Shown piece by piece: positions 7,362 to 17,300 of a DNA stretch of 32,000 nt. The stretch covers positions 1,110,001 through 1,142,000 of the forward strand of contig NC_017039.1 in assembly GCF_000284455.1 (NCBI RefSeq). The letters are read 5' to 3'. Below the pieces are notes generated by a model. It worked only from the letters and a program-made list of their open reading frames with translations. It had not been told where the DNA came from and searched no databases. Both the position numbers and the translations under genes were made by a program. Numbering within the stretch: position 1 is the first letter of the stretch; each line of letters begins with the position of its first letter. The DNA is from Synechocystis sp. PCC 6803 substr. PCC-P. GTDB lineage: Bacteria; Cyanobacteriota; Cyanobacteriia; Cyanobacteriales; Microcystaceae.

Positions 7362-9929
7362 GTGATGTCACCCCGACTTTTTCATCAGGAACAATCAATG
7401 ATTGATCAATCTACCCTAAACACTTCCCCTCAACCCACTATCACAATTGAAGATGACCGCACCGGCATGAGTGTGGCCACTTTGAAGCGGGCCTTTTTGG
7501 ATAACCTTTTTTATCTACAGGGGATTGATCGTTCCCAGGCAACCCTCTACGACTACTACGTTGCCCTGGCCTATACCATCCGCGATCGCCTGTTGCATCG
7601 TTTCATCAAGACCGTCGCCACCTATAAGCAGGAAAAAGTGAAGGTGGTTTGTTACCTGTCGGCGGAATTCCTGATGGGACGGCATTTAGGCAATAACCTC
7701 ATTAACCTGGGGTTGTACGACAAAATCGACCAGGTAATGAAAGAATTTGACCTGGACTTAAACGAAATTATTGAGCAGGAACCAGACCCCGGCTTGGGCA
7801 ATGGTGGCTTAGGCCGTCTAGCGGCCTGTTTCCTCGATTCCCTTGCTTCCCTAGAAGTGCCGGCGATCGGCTACGGCATCCGCTATGAGTTTGGAATTTT
7901 TCACCAGCGTATTCAGGACGGTTGGCAGGTGGAAGTGCCCGACAACTGGTTACGGTTTGGTAATCCCTGGGAAATCCCCCGGGCTGATGAGTCGGTGGAA
8001 GTAAAGCTAGGGGGCCACACGGAGATCATCCATAACGAAAAAAATCAACCCAAGGTGGTCTGGATTCCCGAAAGGACTATTCTGGCCATTCCCTACGACA
8101 CTCCGGTACCTGGTTATCAAACCAATACGGTCAATCCCCTCCGACTCTGGAAGGCAGAAGCTAGTGAAGAATTTAACTTTGAAGCTTTCAATTCTGGTCT
8201 GTACGACCGGGCAGTAGCGGAAAAGATGGATGCGGAAACCATTTCCAAGGTTCTTTATCCCAACGACAATACCCCCGCTGGCCGAGAATTGCGCCTAGCC
8301 CAACAATATTTCTTTGTTTCTGCTTCCCTGCAGGATCTAATTCGGATTCATCTCCGCACCCACCCTAATCTCGATACTTTCTACGAACTCACCGCCATTC
8401 AGTTGAACGATACCCACCCCGCCGTGGCGATCGCCGAATTGATGCGCCTGTTTGTGGACCGTTATGACTACGACTGGGATAAGGCCTGGGACATCACCCA
8501 AAAAACCTTTGCCTACACCAATCACACCCTCATGCCGGAAGCCCTAGAGCGCTGGTCAGTGGATTTGTTTGCCAAACTATTGCCCCGTCATTTGGAAATT
8601 ATTTACGAGATTAACCACCGCTTCCTAACGGGGTTGCAAACCTGGTTCCCCAACGACGAAGCTCTGGTGGAAAGCCTTTCTTTGATTGAAGAAAACCATG
8701 GCAAAAAAATTCGCATGGCCAACCTGGCCTGTGTGGGTAGCCATGCCATCAATGGAGTAGCCGCCCTCCACACCGAACTGCTGAAAAAAGATACCCTGCG
8801 GGACTTTGCCAAGCTCTGGCCCCAGAAGTTCTTTAACAAAACCAATGGCGTTACCCCCCGCCGCTGGATTTTGCTCAGCAACCCTGAACTATCTGCGTTG
8901 GTAACGGAAAAAATTGGCGATGGTTGGCTGAAGAACCTGGATGAAATGCGACAAATTGAAAAGTTTGTTGATGATCCGGAATTTTGTCGTCGCTGGCGAG
9001 AAATTAAGCAAAATAACAAGCGTAACTTAGCGGCCTATTTGCTCAAGTATCGCAATGTTCAGATTGACGTTAACTCCCTGTTTGATGTGCAGGTCAAACG
9101 GATTCATGAATATAAGCGCCAACACCTAGCGGCCCTAGAAATTATTCACCTCTATAACCGCATCAAACAAAATCCCCATGCGGAAATTGTGCCCCGTACC
9201 TTCATTTTTGGGGGTAAGGCCGCTCCAGGTTATTTCATGGCCAAATTGATTATTAAGTTGATCAATGCTGTGGGGGAGGTGGTCAACAACGATCCCGATG
9301 TGCGGGGAAGGCTCAAAGTTGTCTTTGTCTCTAACTTCAACGTTTCCCTGGGGCAAAGAATTTATCCCGCCGCCGACTTGTCGGAGCAAATTTCCACCGC
9401 AGGCAAGGAAGCCTCCGGTACAGGAAACATGAAATTCGCCATGAACGGCGCCCTCACCATTGGAACCCTAGATGGGGCTAATATCGAAATTCGGGAAGAG
9501 GCAGGGCCAGAAAACTTTTTCCTCTTTGGCCTTACCGCTGAACAGGTATATGCCATGAAAGAAAACGGTTACCATCCCCACACCTACTATGACAATAACT
9601 TTGATCTAAAAGCTGTGATTGACCGCATTGCCCACGGCTACTTCTCCCCCGGTAACCCCAATTTGTTCCATCCCATTGTGGAGTCCCTTCTGCACCACGA
9701 TCCCTATATGCTACTGGCGGACTACCAAGCCTATGTGGGCTGTCAGGATGAAGTCAGCAAAGCCTACGCCGACCAAGACCGGTGGACAAAAATGTCCATT
9801 CTCAACTCGGCCCGCATGGGTAAATTCTCCTCCGATCGCACCATTCGGGAATACTGCAAGGAAATTTGGGATGTGCCCCCGGTGAAAATTTCCCTGGATG
9901 AATACCATCCCGAATACGCCGATTTATAG
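7362..9929 (+). CDS. glgP: Glycogen (alpha-glucan) phosphorylase
   Basis: It carries the PLP-lysine signature EASGTGNMKFAMNGALTIGTLDGANIEI and family blocks throughout (GNGGLGRLAACFLDS, TNHT, RIHEYKRQ). The ORF-track start is a GTG at 7362. An ATG at 7365 or 7398 (MIDQST, preceded by AGGAA) is an equally possible start. Confidence 0.97.
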   Translation: MMSPRLFHQEQSMIDQSTLNTSPQPTITIEDDRTGMSVATLKRAFLDNLFYLQGIDRSQATLYDYYVALAYTIRDRLLHRFIKTVATYKQEKVKVVCYLSAEFLMGRHLGNNLINLGLYDKIDQVMKEFDLDLNEIIEQEPDPGLGNGGLGRLAACFLDSLASLEVPAIGYGIRYEFGIFHQRIQDGWQVEVPDNWLRFGNPWEIPRADESVEVKLGGHTEIIHNEKNQPKVVWIPERTILAIPYDTPVPGYQTNTVNPLRLWKAEASEEFNFEAFNSGLYDRAVAEKMDAETISKVLYPNDNTPAGRELRLAQQYFFVSASLQDLIRIHLRTHPNLDTFYELTAIQLNDTHPAVAIAELMRLFVDRYDYDWDKAWDITQKTFAYTNHTLMPEALERWSVDLFAKLLPRHLEIIYEINHRFLTGLQTWFPNDEALVESLSLIEENHGKKIRMANLACVGSHAINGVAALHTELLKKDTLRDFAKLWPQKFFNKTNGVTPRRWILLSNPELSALVTEKIGDGWLKNLDEMRQIEKFVDDPEFCRRWREIKQNNKRNLAAYLLKYRNVQIDVNSLFDVQVKRIHEYKRQHLAALEIIHLYNRIKQNPHAEIVPRTFIFGGKAAPGYFMAKLIIKLINAVGEVVNNDPDVRGRLKVVFVSNFNVSLGQRIYPAADLSEQISTAGKEASGTGNMKFAMNGALTIGTLDGANIEIREEAGPENFFLFGLTAEQVYAMKENGYHPHTYYDNNFDLKAVIDRIAHGYFSPGNPNLFHPIVESLLHHDPYMLLADYQAYVGCQDEVSKAYADQDRWTKMSILNSARMGKFSSDRTIREYCKEIWDVPPVKISLDEYHPEYADL

Positions 9930-9949
9930 TCCCAGATCTGGTTTGACTG

Positions 9950-9973
9950 CCCCCTGATTCTAAAGTTAGGGGG
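9950..9973 (+). terminator. Possible glgP terminator hairpin
   Basis: The stem pairs CCCCCT (9950-9955) with AGGGGG (9968-9973) around a 12-nt loop, 21 nt after the stop codon. The trailing sequence ATATTTA is a poor U-tract. Confidence 0.3.
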
Positions 9974-10080
9974 ATATTTACCTCAAAATTTACCAGTAAT
10001 ATGGAACTCTGGTGGATTGGGGGATTGAGTCGGCTCTAGGAACAGAAAATCCCAAATCTGGTTAACATTTTTTGCCTAGG

Positions 10081-10764
10081 ATGCCACTAGGATTGTATCG
10101 GCCATCATTTACCCCTGCGGAAAAATGGGGGGACAATGGTGGCTTAACTGTCAGCGGAGAAACTAAGTCCATGCTCTGGCCCTATAAGACCCCAGGAATT
10201 ACAGATGGCCTGTTTGAACGATTACCGGGCATTCCCCTCAGCAAAAGGGAGGTACGCCTGCTGATTATTTCCGCTTTGCAATTGAAGGAGGAATCCATCA
10301 TTTGGGATATTGGGGCTGGCACTGGCACCATTCCGGTGGAACTAGCCCTACTGTGTCCCCGCAGTCGCATTGTGGCGGTGGAAAGGGATGAGGAGGTGGC
10401 GGGTTTAATTCGCCGTAACTGCGAACGGTTTGGGGTAACTAATGTGACTGTCCATGAGGGCAGTGCTCCGGATTGCTTACCGCAGTTAATTGCCCACCCC
10501 ACCCATATTTGCATTGAGGGAGGGCGTCCCATTAAGCAAATTTTGCAGGAAACCTGGGCCCATTTAGCTCCCGGAGGTCGTTTAGTGGCAACAGCGAATA
10601 ATTTGGAAAGTCTCTATGGCATTTCTGAAACCCTGTCGGAACTCCAGGTCCGCAACGTGGAGGTGGTGCAAGCGGGGGTAAATCGTCTAGAAAAACGTGG
10701 TTTACAACAGATTTTTGCAGCGGTGGACCCTACTTTTATTTTGGCGGGAGAAAAGTTGTCTTAG
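10081..10764 (+). CDS. cbiT: Precorrin-6Y C5,15-methyltransferase (decarboxylating) subunit CbiT
   Basis: It has the SAM-methyltransferase motif IIWDIGAGTGTIPVELA and the CbiT-type N-terminus PGIPLSKREVRLLIISAL. The start is uncertain among TTG 10072, ATG 10081 and ATG 10171. The last gives ~198 aa, which is typical of CbiT. Confidence 0.8.
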   Translation: MPLGLYRPSFTPAEKWGDNGGLTVSGETKSMLWPYKTPGITDGLFERLPGIPLSKREVRLLIISALQLKEESIIWDIGAGTGTIPVELALLCPRSRIVAVERDEEVAGLIRRNCERFGVTNVTVHEGSAPDCLPQLIAHPTHICIEGGRPIKQILQETWAHLAPGGRLVATANNLESLYGISETLSELQVRNVEVVQAGVNRLEKRGLQQIFAAVDPTFILAGEKLS

Positions 10765-10897
10765 TCGGGGAGATGTAAGGGAAGGCCTAGGGGTTTGCTT
10801 CTGTTCTAAAATAAAAACTAAGAAAAGGTTAACAAAGAGTAACTTTTTAGTACGAAGTTGACACTTTTCCTTATTTTTGGTCTTTTTTACCTTTACC

Positions 10898-11779
10898 ATG
10901 CCCACCCAGCGAATTATTAGTGCAGTCATCGGTATTGCCTTGGCGTTTTCCCTACTAATTTTGGGGGGCTGGTACTTTAGCGCGGCGATCGCCCTAGTAA
11001 TTTATTTAGGATTGCGGGAATATTTCCAAATGGTGCGGGCTAAGGGCATTGCCCCAGCCGCTAAGACCACCATGGTGCTGTCATTAATGTTGCTGCTGTC
11101 GGCCACGGTTACCCCCCATTTAACTGATGCATTTTTTCCTTTAACCGGGGCATTAATTTGCTTTTATCTGCTGTTTCAACCCAAAATGGCCACCATTGCC
11201 GACATTTCTACTTCGTTACTGGGCCTGTTTTATGGGGGCTATTTGCCCAGCTATTGGGTGCGACTGCGGTTGGGGGATGGAGCCGTTAACCCTATGGGTT
11301 TGCACTTGCCCCTGAATGGTTTTTGGCCGGAGTCCTGGGCCCATCCGGAAAATTTTCCCACGGGCTTACTGGTCACTATCCTTGCCTTTGCTTGCATCTG
11401 GGCGGCGGACATTGGCGCTTACATTATGGGGAAATGGTTAGGACGTACCCGTCTGTCGGACATTAGCCCGAAAAAAACCGTGGAAGGTTCCCTCTGGGGA
11501 GTAGGAGGCAGTTTGCTGGTGGGGGTATTGGGAGCTTGGTATTTGCAATGGCCCTACTGGGAAATTACCGGCGCTTTACTGGGCCTATTAATTGGCATAG
11601 TTAGCCTGCTGGGGGACTTGACGGAATCAATGATGAAACGGGATGCGGGAGTTAAGGATTCTGGGCAATTAATTCCTGGCCACGGAGGAATTTTAGACCG
11701 CACCGACAGCTACGTTTTCACCGCTCCCCTGGTCTATTACTTTGTCGTTTTACTGTTGCCTGTGTTGAATAATTTGTGA
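10898..11779 (+). CDS. cdsA: Phosphatidate cytidylyltransferase (CDP-diglyceride synthase)
   Basis: It carries the CTP-transferase-1 signature SMMKRDAGVKDSGQLIPGHGGILDRTDS and has multiple TM helices. I prefer the ATG at 10898 (MPTQRII) over the upstream alternative start at 10877. Confidence 0.9.
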   Translation: MPTQRIISAVIGIALAFSLLILGGWYFSAAIALVIYLGLREYFQMVRAKGIAPAAKTTMVLSLMLLLSATVTPHLTDAFFPLTGALICFYLLFQPKMATIADISTSLLGLFYGGYLPSYWVRLRLGDGAVNPMGLHLPLNGFWPESWAHPENFPTGLLVTILAFACIWAADIGAYIMGKWLGRTRLSDISPKKTVEGSLWGVGGSLLVGVLGAWYLQWPYWEITGALLGLLIGIVSLLGDLTESMMKRDAGVKDSGQLIPGHGGILDRTDSYVFTAPLVYYFVVLLLPVLNNL

Positions 11780-11881
11780 CTGGAAACTCTTCTGACTGAG
11801 GGGAAAATCAGTTTGCAAAAATTCCCGCTCCCTAATCTGGAATACGCTCTTTGATGCTCAAACAAGGATAAAACTGAACTT

Positions 11882-13399
11882 TTAGTTAGGAACCTGAATA
11901 CTAGACATCAAAGACTGAGCGCCTTGCTCATCGATGGTCTTCCAGTCAGAATTTGCGCCAAGACGATTTTTAACCTTGAAATTGGCAATCGGATTAATCA
12001 CTTCCCAAGTCGTTCCAGTTTGGTGCAATGCGTTGTGGGAACCCTGACCTCCACCAGTCCAACTTTTTGCCCAATAAATTCCGTTCTGGTTTGCCCCTGA
12101 TGAACAGTTGCCAGCATTACCACCACCACTCAAGTTAAGGGTGTAAGTTGGTCCCCAGAAAAAGATACTACAGACAGCAGAATTTCCACCGGTGCTAAAG
12201 GTTCCACTAGCATTAGCTATTGGACCAATTATCTGGACATCAGTTGCGTCACAGCCAGATACCCCAGAGCAATCATGGACAATTTGGGAGTTACCACCAA
12301 TATCCACATTTCCTGTGAGGAACAAAACCACTTTCTGACCGGGGGTGAATTGAAGATTAACTCCATTTCCAGATACGGACTTTCCTGAGGTTGAATTTAT
12401 TGTGTAGTAATAAGTTTGGTTGGCAGAATTATAGTTTGAAGAACTTGTCGTGTCTGTGCCGGAACGGGGTAGAGTGAGATTGCCTGTAACCGTCGGCAAA
12501 GAAGCAGGTGTAACTCCGGCGGGAGCAGAAGTAGGTGGATCGGGCATCGGAATGGGACTGGCTCCCGGGGGATCCATTGAATTTGGTAGAGCAATCCGCT
12601 GAGAACCAGAAACATACTCGGTATAGCCAGAATTTTGACCATTGCCAGCGCTTGTAGTAAAGGTTGGCTTGTCACATTCGTATATGACCTGAGCATTCAC
12701 AGAACCGGGATTGTTGACATTTTGCCCTGCTGTGATAGTTCCTTTAACCCATAAACCAGGCACAACTCCAGTAAATGGGGCACTGCCGTCCGTTATGGGG
12801 AAACTTGCAACCAAATTGGTTTTTGCTTGATTAGGACTATTATCCTCACCAGCTAGACCTCGAACGTGAACCACTCCTTTTTGTTGGCTGGCGTCAAATC
12901 GATAATCCACCATCTGAAATTTAGGAGCTTTGGCCCCATTACCTGACGGGTTAGGCAGGGCTTTGGGAGCAGACATAGTCTGATCATAAAAAGCTGTTAT
13001 TTCAGTTGCCAAAGCATCTTTGACTTCATCCACTGTCATATTTTTATAATTACAACTCGCTCCCTGAAGCTCTGCTGCCGCTTCGGTTAGAAATGCATCA
13101 TTGGGGACAAAAGAGCCACTAGCTGTACTTCCCCATTGGGAAAAGTGTTTCTTAGCTAAAACAGGATTCTTGAGAAGAAAGGCCTGAACCTGAGTTAATC
13201 CAGCTTCAGCCGCTTGGTCAGCAGTAGATTTAGCTGCTTGGGCTGTGACCTGATTTTGATCATTCATGCCCTTCATGACAATCGCCGCCGCGGCCACGGT
13301 AATAACCAACCCACCCATAATCACTAGGGGTAGGGCAAAACCAGCGGAATCTTTTTTCCTACCGGCGGTGAGAAAATTTAAGACAAAACGAGGTTTCAT
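11882..13399 (-). CDS. PilX-N-domain (pseudopilin-like) secreted/surface protein, ~505 aa
   Basis: The N-terminus KKDSAGFALPLVIMGGLVITVAAAAIVMKG...AAKSTADQAAEAGL matches the PilX N-terminal pattern: G-x-ALP, a hydrophobic helix, then AEAG. The remainder is G/S/N/T-rich with paired Cys residues. I prefer the ATG at 13399 (MKPRFV) over the GTG at 13435. I believe this is sll1268, from memory. Confidence 0.7.
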   Translation of the reverse strand: MKPRFVLNFLTAGRKKDSAGFALPLVIMGGLVITVAAAAIVMKGMNDQNQVTAQAAKSTADQAAEAGLTQVQAFLLKNPVLAKKHFSQWGSTASGSFVPNDAFLTEAAAELQGASCNYKNMTVDEVKDALATEITAFYDQTMSAPKALPNPSGNGAKAPKFQMVDYRFDASQQKGVVHVRGLAGEDNSPNQAKTNLVASFPITDGSAPFTGVVPGLWVKGTITAGQNVNNPGSVNAQVIYECDKPTFTTSAGNGQNSGYTEYVSGSQRIALPNSMDPPGASPIPMPDPPTSAPAGVTPASLPTVTGNLTLPRSGTDTTSSSNYNSANQTYYYTINSTSGKSVSGNGVNLQFTPGQKVVLFLTGNVDIGGNSQIVHDCSGVSGCDATDVQIIGPIANASGTFSTGGNSAVCSIFFWGPTYTLNLSGGGNAGNCSSGANQNGIYWAKSWTGGGQGSHNALHQTGTTWEVINPIANFKVKNRLGANSDWKTIDEQGAQSLMSSIQVPN

Positions 13400-13554
13400 A
13401 ATTACCCTTCGATCCCTACAAAGGTCAGTGTTCACTTAAAAGCAACCAGCAGGTGGAGGGACTTTGGCAGAGGCGTCAAACCTGGACTAACCATAGAAAA
13501 CTATGTCCTTTGCATGGCCCCAAACAGGCAGATTAGGCATACTGCCCATTGACC

Positions 13555-13597
13555 ATTGTAGAGATCCAGGCCGTGGCCCTCTGTGATCTAGATCACA
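13555..13597 (-). promoter_or_regulatory. CRP-family (SyCRP1-type) binding site plus -10 box, class II geometry
   Basis: A perfect 16-bp palindrome TGTGATCTAGATCACA lies at 13582-13597. On the minus strand, TACAAT at 13560-13555 begins 29.5 bp from the palindrome centre. The site is therefore centred at -41.5 if TACAAT occupies -12 to -7. The predicted TSS is ~13548, upstream of the PilX-like gene. Confidence 0.6.
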
Positions 13598-13695
13598 ACT
13601 ATTGGGTGACCCAGACCACTTCTATAGCCTGAAAAGGCAGGGCCAAAGGCGATCGCCAGGGGAAAGAAGGGTAAAAATTAGCTAATCAAATGGGG

Positions 13696-14145
13696 TTAGC
13701 TCAACCAGCCATTTTTGGTGCCAGGGATCGTTGGGGCAAAAACCTGGAGTCGTTCAAATTGCGCTTCCCGAATTTCGTACATTAGGCTGATTAAACTGTC
13801 GGCATGGGGAGAATCGAGGATTTTTTGTTTAATTTCCTCAAAGCCCTCATCCAAAATATTGTTAGCTTCAGCTAAATCATCGGTGGCTTGGAGTTGCCGT
13901 TCCAGTTCACCAAACTTATTTTTCAACATCTGTCCTTCGGCGTTATCTGGAAAAGAGGCCACCATCTCGGCGATCGCCACTTGCAATTGTTCCAGTTCCG
14001 CTTGCTCGGCCACAGGATTGGCCATTACCTGGGTCTGTTCCATGGTGAGCGGAGCCCCATCAAAGCTTAAACCATTGGGGACAGGAGCCTCCGTGGGGGG
14101 CATAAACAGGGTAAAAGCGGAAACAACAAAGCAACCAACACACAT
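13696..14145 (-). CDS. Hypothetical acidic coiled-coil protein with an N-terminal hydrophobic (signal/anchor) segment, ~149 aa
   Basis: It begins MCVGCFVVSAFTLFMPPTEAP..., followed by helical acidic sequence (AEQAELEQLQVAIAEMV..., ELERQLQATDDLAEANNILDEGFEEIKQKIL). An AGGAG sits 10 nt upstream of the ATG at 14145. The ORF-track GTG start at 14286 adds 47 implausible residues. Confidence 0.55.
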   Translation of the reverse strand: MCVGCFVVSAFTLFMPPTEAPVPNGLSFDGAPLTMEQTQVMANPVAEQAELEQLQVAIAEMVASFPDNAEGQMLKNKFGELERQLQATDDLAEANNILDEGFEEIKQKILDSPHADSLISLMYEIREAQFERLQVFAPTIPGTKNGWLS

Positions 14146-14325
14146 GGGACTAATTCTCCTAACACAATTTATGGAAATGGAACTATGGATAGCAATTGGG
14201 CCTTGGTCATTCTCCCTGAACCGGGCACCAAAGCGCCCCATGGGGATCGGAAACCACCGCACCGTAAAAGTTGAAATTTGCCCCACCTTAACAAAAAAAT
14301 AGCTCCGGCTTCTAGGGTGCCAGTT

Positions 14326-17300
14326 TTAGAACTGTTTCTCATAGCGGATGATGAACTGGCTGAAATTGTAATCGTAGGTAAAACGCATATATCCCTTATC
14401 TTCCACTTCATAGATCGCTTCGAGGAAAGGCACCACCCGGAAATCGGTGCTTTTAATCTTGTCGCTGATGGCGGTTTCCACATCGTAGACCAATCCCTGG
14501 AAAATCATCGGGATCGCTAACTGGGTAATGCCCACCTGTAATAACTGGCTAGAGTTTTTCCCCTGGAGTGCATCCACTAGGACAATGACCTGTTCTCCCA
14601 ACAGGCGGACAATTTCCCCTTCGGTGCGGGGAGGACTGCTGGTCAAACTCAGGGCCGGATTACTGAAAATTTGCTCATTTTGCACCCCCTGGGCGGCCAG
14701 GATTTGTAGGCAACGGGAAAGGCGATCGAGCTGAAATTCGTCGAAACTACCCACCCCCGTCAGCGGCCGAAAAGTAACAGTAGGGTCACAAACAGCGCTG
14801 TAGCGGGGATTAATGTTGGGTAAAATCTGGCTCAAACTGCCGTCAATGGTCAGGCGCACATCAATCCGTTCAATTTGGTTCAGGCTGTCGTCGGGATATT
14901 CATTGGTTTCCTGGGAGCGCATGCGGGCCGACTGGGGCAAGTCTGACACAATAGTACGCATAGCAATGTTCAAGCTGGGATTAATTAACTCCTCGTTGGG
15001 AGAAAACGTAATCGTGTTGGGGGCCCGGCGATCGAGCAAAAAGCGGGTATCAAGAAAGCTGACCCGACCTCGGTCGAGGCTAATGGTGCCATCGGCCCTT
15101 AGATCATCGAAGTTGGTCAGGGGGCCATTAACTGTGAGCCCACCACCAAAGTTAAAAACGTAGAGGGGTTCCTGCTCGATATGCAGATTGTCCAGGGTGA
15201 TACGCAGATTATTTAACTGGGGCTCCACCATTGGCGATCGCCTCGTCCCTTTGAACCAACCTAATCTAGTACGTAGTTCCGCAATGCGACTGGGCTGATT
15301 CTCCAAACTGCGATCGGGCACAAAAAATCGGCCGTTGGCCAGGGCCACATCCCCCGTCAAACTGGGGGCCAGGGCAGAACCCTGGACGGTGACAAACCCC
15401 GCCAAATTACCTTGGTAGAGATTGGGAATGGTGATATTAGTGGGTTTAATGCTCACCTGAAGCGGATTTTCCAAATCTGGCTGGGGCTCAAACAGGGGTA
15501 AAATTCCCGCCACCTCAATACGGCTTTGATCCAGTTGTCCTGTTAATTGCTCAATGGCGATCGTGGTGTTGTTAAACAGAATTTCCCCATCCACCTGCAC
15601 CGGGGTTGGTAGGGCAGCACTCCTGATCTGGGCTCCGTTGAGACTGACTTTCCCCAAAGCCCTGAGGTCAGAAATGCCAATGCCATTCCTTTGGTCAATT
15701 TCCCCTTCCACTTTCAGATCTGCGGATCCTTCCCCACCAAGCCAGACCAATTGCTCTTGACTGACCACGTCCAATAACTCCAAGGAATTGGGGGGAATTT
15801 TGAATTCAGCACTAAAAGTATTTGGCCCTTCCGCAGTTTTAGCTTCCTGGGGATTCCAATAAATAGGCACATCGGCCCTTAGGTAGAGGGGAGAAGCTTC
15901 CGAAGTGACCAATTGCAATAAATTGTTTTGGTAATCAAATCTGCCCCCCACCTCTTCCGGCACCGGCCTGGCGTTGAGGGTGATCTGGTCAAACTCAAAC
16001 TGCCCCGATAGGTTAGGGCCAGCGGCGGTTCGGGCAAAGCTTCCTTGGGCATTAAGGCGAGCCCCAAAGGCAGAGGGCATTTCCACAAAGGAGTCCAGAT
16101 TATTCAGATTAAAATCCTTAATCGACCATTGCAATTGACTTTTTTCTAGGGAGAAAATTCCTTCGGCCCCCAAGCGAGATTCTTCAATCTGCACAAAGGA
16201 AGGTAGTAAGGCCAGACGGCCATCGGCAAATTTGGCTTCAAGTTGAAACTGTTCGATGGGCAGAAAACGGGTTTCATTCATCACTAGCCCAATGGGGGGC
16301 ACGATGTTGGGGAAGGGCCCCTGGGGATACCAACTCCAATTTTTGCCCTGTACTTTGAGAGCAAGGGCCGGATCTCGCAGGGTGCCATTCAGATTAAGGG
16401 CTGCATCGAAATTACCCTGAACATTTAACTGGGTCGGTACGCCCCCCCGTTCGTACTGCTGGGCGAGGGCGATAATACGTTGGTCAATGACATAAAGGAG
16501 ATTAAGTTGATTTTCCAGTGCCCCATCGGGGTTACCCAAACTGAGAGGGCCAATGGTATCCGCTAATTCTTTAGGGGTAGATTCCAAACCGGTGAGCCGC
16601 AGTAGGGATCCCACATCGGAAATGTTGGCCGCCGCTAGCAAGGGGGCAATATCACCATCTTTGACGTTTACCCTAGCTTCGATGGCTTCGGTTCTGAAGT
16701 TCAGTGACCCCTGGGCTTGGTATTGGCCAAGAGCGGTTTTAAGCTGGCCTTGTTTGAGTTGTAGGGTTTGATTTTGGTAAGCCAGGGCCGCAGTTACTTC
16801 ACCGATCGCCGTGGTGCCAAGGGTAACGCCATCAATAGCTAAATTACCTTGGCCGTGGCCGTTGCGGAGGTTAACCACTAGGTCGGCGTTAAAGTTGCCA
16901 CCCAGTTGCTCGACAATTTGATAACGTAGACCCGGGCGGAGATCCAACAGAGCGACGGGAAAATCCGCCACTTCCATGGCCAGGCGATCGCCGTTGAGTT
17001 TGCCCTGGGCGAGGATGGGTTTTTCCCGTTCATAGGCTTGGCGCAGATTAAAGCTGGTGGGGAGATAGGGGAAGAGGCAATTGCCCCGGCAGGGTTGGAG
17101 GTTTACTGCTAGGCGATCAACTTGTCCCTGGAGATCCAGTAGGACATTTTGGTTTAACTGCACCGCCAGGGGGCCCCGCAATTGGGGTTCAAAGCCAAAA
17201 CCATTAACGGCTAAATTGTTGACCGCCAAATTACCAGCCAGTTTTAAATCCCCAAGCCCTGTGACATTGCGTCCTGTTAATTGGCCAGTAAATTGACTAC

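Noticed and set aside
8337-9908. Antisense and alternative-frame ORFs inside glgP (for example 8603-9019, 138 aa).
   Set aside because: They are nested in a full-length, motif-rich glycogen phosphorylase frame, and their products are Ser/Arg-rich shadows.
13715-14302. A 195-aa plus-strand ORF that almost exactly mirrors the 196-aa minus-strand ORF (13696-14286).
   Set aside because: The plus-strand product is Ser/Cys/Ala-rich with no helical periodicity or motif. The minus-strand product has a hydrophobic N-terminus, an AGGAG Shine-Dalgarno before the ATG at 14145, and coherent acidic coiled-coil sequence. The open antisense frame is explained by the GAA/CAG/GCC-rich codons of the real gene.
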